From contig NW_027266275.1 of assembly GCF_022045235.1 (NCBI RefSeq), forward strand, positions 29,698,001-29,762,000: a stretch of 64,000 nucleotides of DNA. Direction: 5' to 3'. Positions 13,901 to 24,700 of this stretch are shown here, one piece after another. This DNA comes from Haliotis cracherodii (lineage: Eukaryota). Each line of letters starts with the position of its first letter. Within the stretch, counting starts at the first letter, position 1. The notes under the pieces are model-generated. The model was not told the origin of the DNA. It ran no database searches and saw only the letters and a program-made list of their open reading frames with translations. Position numbers and translations under genes: made by a program.

Positions 13901-14830
13901 CACATACACCAATTGTTCATGTGGATTATATGAATTTTGGTTGAATGTGAATTATTTGCATCCATATGCACTACAATTTTGAATGTATTCTGCCACACTG
14001 AGGAATTAGTGTTGTTAAGGTTATCTGCACCTTGGTAGTAATGCTAGTTTTCTGTAATTTTGAAGGTTATGATTACGGAGGCTGGGGCTATAACCAGGAC
14101 CAAGGTGAGTTGACTGCTGACTGGTTGTAGGTTAGGAGGAGACATGCTCGATTGTTTGACTGCTGTGTTGATAGCCAGCCAGGCACGTGCACTGTCTCAA
14201 TCCTCAGTTCCATGATGGATCCCGGGGATGCTTCTCTAAAACCCCTTGCTTGTTTGTAGAAACATCTAACACATCTAGGAGCCAGGTTGTGTTATGTATT
14301 CATTTTTTTGTTATTTTTCCCCTCGACAGGTTGTGTACAGTGTAGACATTGAATGATCAACTGTAGTTGTCATGTGGTGTTTTGTCACTTTTGTGTTGGT
14401 GGATCGGTGTACGAGGAACACTCACCTCTCTCTACATCTATACTACACAGGGTTTACATCTTGTAGTGTCTTTTGCATGGTAGTGAATGGGACAGTAGAT
14501 GTGCACTTGATGTATACACAAGGTCCAGTGAAAACTCTGATGGGCATTGACACGTCAGTTTGAATCTTTTTGGAACTTCAAAATGCCCAGTCTGGAAAGG
14601 TGTTTTGGTTGTTTGACAGTTTATGCACTTTTTGTTGCTTTTGTTCTGTGGCACATTTTTTCAGTTTCTATGTCATAGAGTGCATGCTCCTCTGGTTTTC
14701 AACTCCCAAGTTGGTAACACTTCTTGTAAGCAACTCAATACCCTCTGTTTCTTTATCAGGCCAGCAGAGTAACTATGGAAAGGCACCAAAGAGAGGGGGT
14801 GGGGGCTACCACCCATACAACCGATCATAA
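4923..14830 (+). CDS. HNRNPAB: hnRNP A/B/D (squid/AUF1-like) RNA-binding protein, ~344 aa; join(4923-5101,8535-8575,8768-8895,10068-10220,10978-11109,11868-11967[alt donor 11979],13166-13357,14066-14104,14760-14830)
   Basis: Acidic N-terminus. RRM1 has [12 protein letters not shown] and [10 protein letters not shown]; RRM2 has KIFVGRL and RRAFCFVEF. Then an RGG box, a G/Y-rich low-complexity domain and a C-terminal [15 protein letters not shown] resembling the hnRNP D/AB PY-NLS. All junctions are GT-AG with compatible phases. The symbol marks the A/B-D-DL family (invertebrate pro-orthologue), not a strict 1:1 orthologue. Confidence 0.92.
5979..6186 (+). mobile_element. tRNA-derived SINE (distinct body, shared 3' tail)
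   Basis: A-box-like tggcccagttg, B-box-like ggtttgaatcc, tail gctaaaagcggcgttaaac shared with family A. Confidence 0.6.
6372..7750. mobile_element. Degenerate hAT-like non-autonomous element
   Basis: Imperfect TIR cagtctggaactt / aagttccaaccctg, subterminal gggctagt motifs, flanks cacaag/cacatg. Confidence 0.35.
10709..10862. mobile_element. Small hAT-like MITE with 5-bp TSD
   Basis: TIR cagcgttagaaa / tttctaaccctg; TSD cattc on both sides; second copy at 35377-35481. Confidence 0.75.
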
Positions 14831-14853
14831 GCCGCATCAAAGTAAAATTCATG

Positions 14854-15053
14854 GTAGGTCTCTAGAGAAGTCCTAGTTGTTGACATTTGGCTCTAACTTC
14901 ATTTGACAATGTACATGATGTCTTCAAAAATGATCAAAATTTTAGAGAATGCACCTAGATTTAGCAGCTCACGACGTTCAAAATCCATTTTGAAAATTGA
15001 CCGTTTGACCAATATGAAGTAAAAGTAAAAGCAGTCTTTTATCTCTTTCACAG
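14854..15053 (+). other. 3'UTR intron of the hnRNP gene
   Basis: ATG|GTAGGT donor 23 nt after the stop codon; pyrimidine-rich acceptor tcttttatctctttcacag ending 15053; AATAAA at 15203, 15766 and ~15964. Confidence 0.6.
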
Positions 15054-16153
15054 GGTCTCTTCAGTCTGCAAAGATGTCATCGTGCTCGTGTGTATCATAA
15101 GACAGTCATTCAAGCTTTTTATTTCATTATCACCAATTGTCATGGCCTTGATTATTTTTTTTCTCATTCCATGTATGTGAATAGATTTTACATGTCATCA
15201 CAAATAAACAAAAACTCAATTTTAAAAAGTAGTTTTGTGATATGTTAATTGACAAAGACTGCTCCCTGTCTGGTAAAACTAACGTGGTTTCTCATCTGAG
15301 CTGCTTTCTCTAAGTTATCCAAGCTACGTAAGACCTCAGCTATGTATGGGTGGTATTCTGACTCCCTCTTGTGTCTAGGGTCAGAGTAGTTAATCTTTTT
15401 TTCTTGTATATGGGATTCTACAGGCTCTTGATGAGTATCCACATCTTTTCCAATCGACGACTGGGAAATGTTTTACAACAGGAGAGCAGTTTGCAAACTT
15501 GGTCTACTGCAGTAAACTTGAGAAGAAAAAGCATGTGGATTTATAGATGCTGTAAAATTAAAGATCCAGTAGTTACTGCAGTTTTCTTCCATAGACTTGC
15601 TTCGTGTCGAAATGGACTTGGGACAGGTGCAGATGACTTCATTCATGGACATTTGGCCTCTGCGCTTTTCAGACGGACTTTCACACAATGTTTATGAGCA
15701 GATGTGATCTATTGGACTTAATCCTGCATGTGTAATGGTTTATGGGGTTTCCACTAGTTAATTTAAATAAACGAAACAATTTCTGATAAAGTATAAAATG
15801 CTGAAGTTGGATCACCATGATCTTTGTAAAATTGATAAATTAACTTTTGGAAACCCTGACGCAAGGAACAAAGCAACAATACCAACATATTGAACTTGGG
15901 AGTTTTCACGTACCTTTTGCATGCATCATGTGCACAAGCAACATAAAGCAAAACCTTAGCTGAAATAAAAACACAACTTATGGCTCATTCAGATTTTCAA
16001 GCATTACCAAACAATGAAGCTCGATGAGTTCATGCTTGAAATTAGTGTTAAGATACCAGAATTTCTTTTTTAGCTTGCTATGACCAAAGGTTCAAGTAAG
16101 CGAAACTAAAGGTGAATCTGTTGTCACAGAAAGGGAAGTTTTTCTCTGGATTA

Positions 16154-16440
16154 CCGTATTCGTCGTAATAAGCACCCAGGGCTCTTATTAGAATATTATT
16201 TTGGTGTGAAAAAACAGTTGAAAGATAGTTAATTTCATGGTTTATGCTGACAGCCTGAAATGTTTATGTACATGTATCACATGTATTTTTCCAGAATTTA
16301 ATTCCCCAAAATAAAGGGTGCATATAACACATGAGTGTGTGTTATACGCGAATAGGGTAAGGAAGGGGTGCTAATCGAGATTGTTCACTAGCCAATATAT
16401 TGGCAAATCTCAACGTGGGCGCTTGTTACGTCGAATACGG
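16154..16440. mobile_element. Tc1/mariner(pogo/Tc2)-type MITE
   Basis: ~24-bp TIR ccgtattcgtcgtaataagcaccc / gggcgcttgttacgtcgaatacgg, flanked by TA on both sides; a 20-bp tandem duplication spans the right junction. Confidence 0.8.
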
Positions 16441-16889
16441 TACATGTTCTACGAATACGGTACATGTTCTACTAACTGGTTGTTCGTACACTTTAAAATG
16501 TCATCTGACATATGTTGGAAAGATATAATCCATTTTCTATAGCCAGATTGCATCTCTAATGCTACAGTTTGCTGGCTTTGTAGAAGCAGTTCATTGTCAT
16601 TATTTTACAGTCTACAACTGGTTTAGTGTAGACTATGCATATAACCTTGCACAATCATTTCATCATACACATTTCATTTAACATTCCTTTTTGTCATTTG
16701 GAATAACAAACAGTAAAACTTTGCTGCACATGTTCTAGAATTATTTCTGCAAACAAGACAATCTGGATTACTTTACATGAACTGAGTGCTTCTAAGACTG
16801 GTTTTGTGTTATTGTGGCTTCTTAAAAAGTGCAAGATGCTTACTTAACCGCGCACATTTGATGTATATTGGAGACTTTATACATGATAA

Positions 16890-17105
16890 CACTGAAGAGC
16901 CGAGACTAGGGCTTCAGCAAGCCATGCTTGTAAGAGGCTACCAATAGGATCTGGTGGTAAGGCTTACTTGGTCGATGCATGTCATGTCACAATGGCGTGG
17001 ATCAATGCTCATTATATCAATCACTGGATTGTCTGTTCCAGACTTAATTATTTACAGACTGCCGTCGTATAGCTGGACTATTGCTGAGTGCAGTATTTAG
17101 CAAAA
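16890..17105 (+). mobile_element. SINE-like family B copy (diverged)
   Basis: catgcttgtaagaggc...tcactggattgtctg.tccagact...gctggactattgctgagtgc. Confidence 0.75.
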
Positions 17106-19377
17106 ATCATACCTGATATACCTACCTTTGCCATTTAAGGTCAAGGACACTTGGTTTGAGACATAAAAAGGTACACAATAGACATTTATGGTGGGAATTT
17201 GAAACTTAATCAAAGGATGGTCAATGTTAATTAGGTGTTGAAAGCCTGCACATACAACTTTATTTATGATGCGATGAAAAATGACACATGTGAGCTCTTT
17301 GGTATCTCAACCAGATGACATTCGTACAAGGTCATGGTCCCTTGTGGTCAGATAAAAAAATAATTTGTAACTCAAAATACAGAAAATGTCTAATTCAAAT
17401 CTGAACAATTTCTAAGGTCAAGGTCAGGAAGTGTGAAGTTGAGGTACACAATCTTGAACATATATTGGAATTTGAGCACTATATATACACACATCTTGGG
17501 TTGGGTCTTTTTGAGAAGATTCTTGATTGCCCTAAACATTAAGGTTACCAGAAACATTGCCAAAACATGAAATTCAAGGTTATACAAAGCAATTTTCAGT
17601 GATTAATAGGTATTATGGCCTTGACAGTTGACATGGCTTTCACATTGTAAGAACAATACAGACTGTTTTCTATATGCTAGAGTAACATTTAATATGATAT
17701 TTATATCACCACGTGCTTTAGGTTTTATAATTTTCTGGAAGCTCATGTTTCCAAACTGGATGCGATGCCAATTTACCAGATACTTAGGGCAGCTTGAGGA
17801 AGAGAACTGCATCAGACAACATTATGTATCACAGATGAATGTAGAGAGATGCTCAATTTCCATGTTACTACCAGGGGATGTTAAGTTTTCTACCTGATAT
17901 TAATGAGTTTTATTCTCCAAACATAACTAAGATACACTGAAAGTATATTGAACTTTTGAAAACCTAGCAATTTAAGAAAGTTTGCCAAAAACACTTTAAT
18001 TTTGTTTGTATGATTTAAAGACTGTTTTCTCCTAATGACATAATCCCAGTTACCATATTTGCCGTATTTAGCACCCTAATAAGCTTCATTCTGACCAACA
18101 ATGAGACTGATGTCAATTAAGCTTTGTAAGCACCTGTTACTTGGACCTGTTTACATGACTGTAATTGTCTTGTGCATAATACAATAGAATGGGATGGGTA
18201 TTATAAATGCAAATGTTGATTTTAAAAAATTCCCTAAAGCAGACAGTTTTATTTGACCATGGACCATGAGACAAATTCATTAACAAAAAATATATTCATA
18301 TTCTAAAAGCAAACCCTTCATCTTTCTGCAATATTTAATGATTTTTCCACTACAAGGCAAGAACAAGAGAATCTCTGAATACAGTAACCCATGTTTCTAC
18401 ACTCGATCTATCAGTCCAGAACAACTACAACCGATTTATTAACCAAGACAGTGTCTTTTCACTACAGGAGTTAGGGAATTTTTTTTTAACTTTGTTGTTT
18501 ATTAGTTTAATAAGAGAATATAAGTACAAATGAACTGGTCTGGCGTTTCTGAGAAGCCAGGCTATTAAAGTACAAATGAACTCTTAATAGCCTGGCTTCT
18601 TAGATGCCCCAGACCAAACTAGAACTGAAACTTAGGAAACATAAGATTTGATTATTATATACCATATATGAATACATGAATCAGAATTACTTTGTGAAAT
18701 GTGAAGTTTGAAATTGATAATCCGTACCATACTTAACAGCAACACACATTGCCTGGTAAATTCAGTACATTTGAGCCTTACAGCCTTGTATAAGGCTATA
18801 ACCATGTCTCACCTCACTCATGCTCAAACACCTTGCATAGATAAATAAGAGCTGCATATGATATATGTCCTCGGTCAATTGAACCAGATAATGCAAAATG
18901 AAAATAGTCTCATACTATGCCCCTCACAAAAACCTGCTTGCTCTTCTATAAATCAACTGTTTTCAGCCCACCCTGGAACTCTCATGTTTAGTACACTGGT
19001 AAATGATTAGCCATGTACTGACAAGTACATGCCCAATTATCCGTAGCAATTTTTTAAACGATTTTTAGTGCACCTGACTGAAGGCAAGTGTTCCATACAT
19101 TAAAAAAATAAAATAAATAAATCCCTGTCCGGTTACGATGCAAATGCTACTATAATGATAAAACTCTAGTATATCAACAGCCATTTTTTCTCTTTACCCA
19201 TTATCGCTCAAGTTTGTTCTCTTCCACCTGATCTGATATTTAATTCATGTATGGTTTAAAATATGTACCCATCCACATCCGTTTGTCAAATGCCTGACTG
19301 CCCCAAGTGCTTTTTACAGTAAAAATGGTATGTTAGGCTGCTATTTAGTCAAAATTTGTAATTCTTTGAAGAAAAAA

Positions 19378-19518
19378 GGGGCTGTCGGGTAACCTAGTGG
19401 TTAAAGCCTTTGCTCGTCACGCCGAAGACCTGGGTACAATGTGTGAAGCCCATTTGTGGTGTCTCCGCCGTGATATTACTGGAATATTGCTGAAAGTGGC
19501 GTAAAACCTCATTCACTT
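19378..19518 (+). mobile_element. tRNA-derived SINE family A (internal deletion of B box)
   Basis: Matches the 28109-28275 copy. Confidence 0.8.
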
Positions 19519-19589
19519 AAAGAAAATTGAATTGCATTCTTCATAATCCATTTTGTTGTGCTTATCCTAGATCATTTGGCCATCATAGC

Positions 19590-20298
19590 TTTGTTATCCC
19601 CCCGGCATATAATGTGGGGGGGGATACAGCGATCAGCCATGTCTCTCCGTCGGTGATCATTTCCTTTTCCAGGGCAGAACTTCGAAAACCATTCAGTGTA
19701 TTTGATCGAAATCTATCGGTCACATACTAAAGTGGTGCCTTTTGATAATTTGGGATTTTTCGAAATTGTTTTTTAGAAATTTTATGGAAAGAAGATGGAC
19801 ATGACTCCATTGGGGATTGGAATAGTTTGCGGGGCAGAATTCGAAAACCATTCAGTATATTTGATCCGAACTTTAAAGATGTATCAGTCACATGCTGAAG
19901 TGGTGCCTTTTGCTATTTTTTATTTTGCATGGCAACAAGTTTGACTTTGACTCTGTTCATAGTGGTGTGTTTGTCTGGACCATATATCTAAAACTAAAAG
20001 GTATTCTTTCTTGAAACTGCACAAACAAAGACCAGGTAATCAACTGGTGCCTTTTGCTATTTAGGGATTTTTAGAATTTACGATATGTCTGTTTCCATGG
20101 CAACAAGTTTGATTTTGACTGACATAGAAATACAAAGTTTTGAATCCCAATTCCATAGTAATGTCTTTATAGCCCCTAAACTACTCTTGTATGTGGACAG
20201 ACAGATTAGAAATTCTCTCATCAACTTGGACTTCAGGTGATTTGTTCTTTCGAGCTTGTTGGGGCCGGGGGGATTTGTCATCCTCTGATGACTCTTGT
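19590..20298 (+). mobile_element. Helentron/Helitron-derived non-autonomous element (HINE/DINE-like) with internal tandem repeats
   Basis: 5' tatccccccgg hairpin, repeated ggtgccttttgctatt units, 3' ccgggggattt followed by short palindrome gtcatc-ctct-gatgac and T-rich ends. Confidence 0.65.
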
Positions 20299-20850
20299 TT
20301 TATTATCCCCCGCCAAACGAAGTTGGCGGGGGATATAGAAACAGGCTCCGTCCGTCCGTCACGTTTCGTTTCCGGAGCATAACTCGTAAACCGTTCTATA
20401 CTTTTTCATCAAACTTTGCAGGTCTGTCAGGTACATGTTGAACTGGTGCCTTTTGCTATTGAGAAATTTTAGAAATATTTATTTTTTATGTTTCCATGGC
20501 AACAAGATGGACTTAGGTTCTGTGAGGGTAGGGTAGGGTAGGGTAGGGTAGGGTTCGTTTCTGGAGCATAACTCATAAACCGTTCAATATTTTTTCATGA
20601 AACTTTGCAGGTCTGTCAGGTACATGCTGAACTGGTGCCTTTTGCTATTTCGAAATTTTAGAAATATTTATTTTTTACATTTCCATGGCAACAAGATGGA
20701 CATGGTTTCAAACTCATCTTTTTTTTTTACAATTTCCATGACAAGTTCCACCTCGTTTAAAAAAGGTAAGGGTTTGTTTAGATTCCATTATTTCATAAAT
20801 TCTGCAACAGGGGTGGGGGATATAGCTACGTTAGTGGCAAACTCCTGTTC
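20299..20850 (+). mobile_element. Second HINE/DINE-like element directly adjacent
   Basis: Hairpin tatcccccgccaa-acgaag-ttggcgggggata, (ccgt)n, two ~190-bp internal repeats separated by (gggta)n, 3' gtgggggatata plus short palindrome. Confidence 0.75.
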
Positions 20851-21708
20851 AGTTTGGAATGTTACAACCGAAAAGAGCGGTCCAGTGACATGACACTTTG
20901 GTTCATTTTGTAAAACAGTGGTGATATGACCTGTCTTTTTGCATACTGTCTCAGACATAAAATTCACCCAGGAGTATTCCAATTCATTATTAATAGTGCC
21001 GTCACTCAAAAAATATCAAGAGAAGATCCATGTGTAACCCAGGAGCGTCATTTTGATAAGTTGTTTTTTGTTTTTTTTGCAAATGAGCTTGAAAAATCTG
21101 CGTGCTACCAGGTAATTTAGATGGAGATTATATCACTTATTAATCTGAAGTGGCTCATGGGTACTTGTCATAATAGAATGGAGATATGATAACTGGTCAG
21201 TAGAGGAGAATATGCAGATGGCATGGTGTGATGGTGTGGAGACAAGTCATGCATATTGATGATACATGAAATGTTGATCTTTGATTGAAGTTCTATCGTA
21301 ATAAATGAAATTTGACTAAAAATGGATGAAATGATGTGTAGTGAATTCATTTGCAAATTGGTGTACTAGCTTCAGTGCACTGTTAAGATCCACATGAAGT
21401 TGATGCCACTTTGCATTGGCTTGTTGATTCAGTCTTCCTGGATTATGTTTTAACAAATAAAAACAAACAAACAAACTTTTAAAGGCAAAAAGTCTTTATT
21501 ACACAAAGATGGGTCTAATATGGTGAAATTGGATCATAAAGCTCTTTCGGCATGACCATGGTCGTATGATGGAATTTGGTGCAGATCCACTTCTCATTTT
21601 CAAATTGGTTCAGAGGCAGGAATATTCCAGAAATGGATTGTCTATCCCACTTTGATGTATCCACTTCATGTCACTATTCTTGATTAATCACAGTATGAAC
21701 ATGTTGCA

Positions 21709-24700
21709 TCATCCAAACATGGAGTTGTGTAAAGATTCCAGCTCATATTCACGTTGCTTGGCTCGGGCCTGTAATGAAAGTGTCATGTAGCATGATTGGT
21801 GTTCACAAGAAGGGTCAAAGAGAAGCACCCCGGGAGAGACCTCAGCTGGTTTACTTTCTGTTGTTCCTAACAGTTGGCATTGACATGAATAGAATAAAGC
21901 CATTGTTCTAATATGTTGCTTGTTAATATTTCATGCTGTTGAACCATAATTTATTGTCTGGTACTGTCCAGTGTGCTAGAACTAATTGTTGTGTATGTCT
22001 ATTGATGTTTGTTTCATTACTAAGTATTTTCTAGGTTACTAAGGGAAGCGTATGCATTGCATCAATATGTTTCTACTCTTGATTGTAGAGTGAGCTATTG
22101 TTCACTACAAAGCTGAAGGTTGACGAGAATGTGTCAAGTATCAACCATGAAGAGTAAGCCTGGCCTACCAGTGAGATTGTGGAAAACCAACCATGTGGAC
22201 TGACTGTGTTGTCTGGCTCATAGACGTCATCATCCAGACACACCACAGACCTGCCCGTCCGCCTGCTGCAAGCTGCAGCCGACGATGACATGCTAATTCA
22301 TTTTAAGGTGTTCTGCATCTCTTAACAGTAATTTGAATTCTCAGAACACTTACACATTGATGGCAAATTTAATCATTTGATGACTATGATAATAATAAGA
22401 ATAATCTTGTTTGCTTTCATTAGCCACTGTATTGTAAAAATGATAACTGAATGTAATTATTGAAAAACATATTACTGTGCCAGTTGTATTATTAATGATG
22501 AGATTAAAGGTTCATTCCATATTTAATCTTAAGCAAGGTAATTGTCAGTGGCTCTAGATAGTTTCTTGAATGTCAACAGCTGACTACGCTGTGTGAAATT
22601 AACTTGTGGTATGTGGTCAAGGACATGTCTCCACAGAAGTATAGAGCCAACAAGCTACATATACATGCCAGACTCCGGGCAATCGCCTATGGAGAACAAA
22701 TTGAGCAGCGCTCCTTACATCTGAATGCGCAATGTAGCAACAAGACGATCGCTTCGAGCTGGTTGATAAGCTCAAGCTCTGGAAGTTGGGAAAGTCCCAC
22801 AGAACCAAACCCACTCTTACCTTGTGCTTCCTGTATTCCTCATAATCGGGGTCATCTGTCGGCAGTTCATGTCGACACACAGGGCAGGAATTAACCTGCA
22901 ACACAAGGGCAGCATGTGATAATAAACACATCTGTTGAAAATAAATGATTAGAAGCTCGCTCTGTGACCCATCACTGATTGGTTTTTGATTGAAGGTCTA
23001 CACAGTTTGAAAATACAAAAGAAAATCACAGAATTTTAAATTTTAAATTTAGTGCTTACTTTATTAAATTGTTCAAAATTTGAATTCAGATTTTAATGTG
23101 TAAAGCCTAGCAGTGATGGGTCACATCTAACATTGACAGACATTCTGTTCTCAAATGTTTGTACTGTGTTGTAATTTGTTAAGAGGAATGTTCCAAGGTT
23201 CATATTTAACAAACAGTGCACTTTTCAAGGAGTTCAGAAATTAAATTTCAGCTTTCTTTACAGTGAGTACTCTAGTCGGAAATATAGAAACTAAGATATA
23301 CTTGATATACAGTAATGACGTTTGTGCTTCACTACTTGAAGAAAACTGCTTTTCTTCACAGGGAGTACTCTTGTCGGAAATAACAAGCACATTAACATAC
23401 AGTAAGGATGCTTTACAAAGCAAAGCTGTTTTAATAATTATTTTGTAATTTGTCATTTATGTAAAAATATCATTAATTTTCTATTGTAGCATATTAGTTT
23501 GGTGAAGGTATCACATTACATAAATGCGAATTATGTTAAGTTGTCATTTTTTTGTGTATATTTGTCAGTTAATCATAAAGGGATTTTAAAACAAAGAAAT
23601 GGTTTTCTACATCTCAACTAAGTAAGATTGTGTTTCCATCAGTAAAGTCAGGCTACAATTAAATCTTAACTAATGTTGGATCTTGTACACACATTCCTGT
23701 CATGATTTTGTAATAAAGAACTTGAGTATCTGCAAAATATTGTCTGTTTCATTGGTAATATTGTTTGGGGGCGGGCAGTGTTTGAGAGTGAAAATAGTTG
23801 GCTGTACCATCTTGAAGATAAGGTGCCCTGCCTCCAGGTCATGGCAGAGATTTTTGAGGCACTTAAGATTGGTTGGTTTGTTGTTTAACGCCGCACTCAG
23901 CAATATTCCAGCTATATGACGGTGGTCTGTAAATAATCAATTCTGGACCAGACAATCCAGTGATTAATATCATGAGCATCAATCCACGCAATTGGGATTG
24001 ATGACATGCAACAACCAAGTCAGCGAGCCTGACTACCTGGTTCCGTTAGTCGCCTGTTACGACGAGCATTCACCTTTTATGGCAAGCATGGGTTGCTGAA
24101 GACCTATTCTACCCCGGATCTTCACGGGTCTATGGTACTTTAGAAGCCATATCCATAAATGATGTTGATTTCATAGAAACGGTAAGCTGTATTGTGTCAA
24201 TTGGCATTTTAGCAGCCATACTTTATTTAGTTACCGCTGCTGACAAGGCATGGATATATTTTATGTAAAGGACAAGGCATCATGCTTAAAAAAAACTTGA
24301 GGGTATTTCACCAAAAGTCATTTCAGTTTTTTATCCTGACAGTGCAAGAGTTAATCCATGCTGCTTCACTAAACATCCCCAATGTGATGAAAGGGTTTCC
24401 GAAATTCAGATCAACAACCCCCAGATCGTAGCCTTTACGCAAAGTATGGTGCTTAATATGAACAATGTTTATTTCTATACACTGTTTGTGCATATAAATG
24501 GGCAGCACAGAAACATGATGAAAAGCAAGGTTTAGTTCGTCACTGCACATAGCTATTGTGACTCAAAGATTAGTCATTTCAAGCTCTAGTTCACGTCGTT
24601 TTTAACACAAAATGTACTGTCTCGCACACATTTAAAAGATTGTCAATTCAAAATAAAAGTAGGGTAGTTCAAAATACAATTCAAAACAAAGTTGTCTTAG

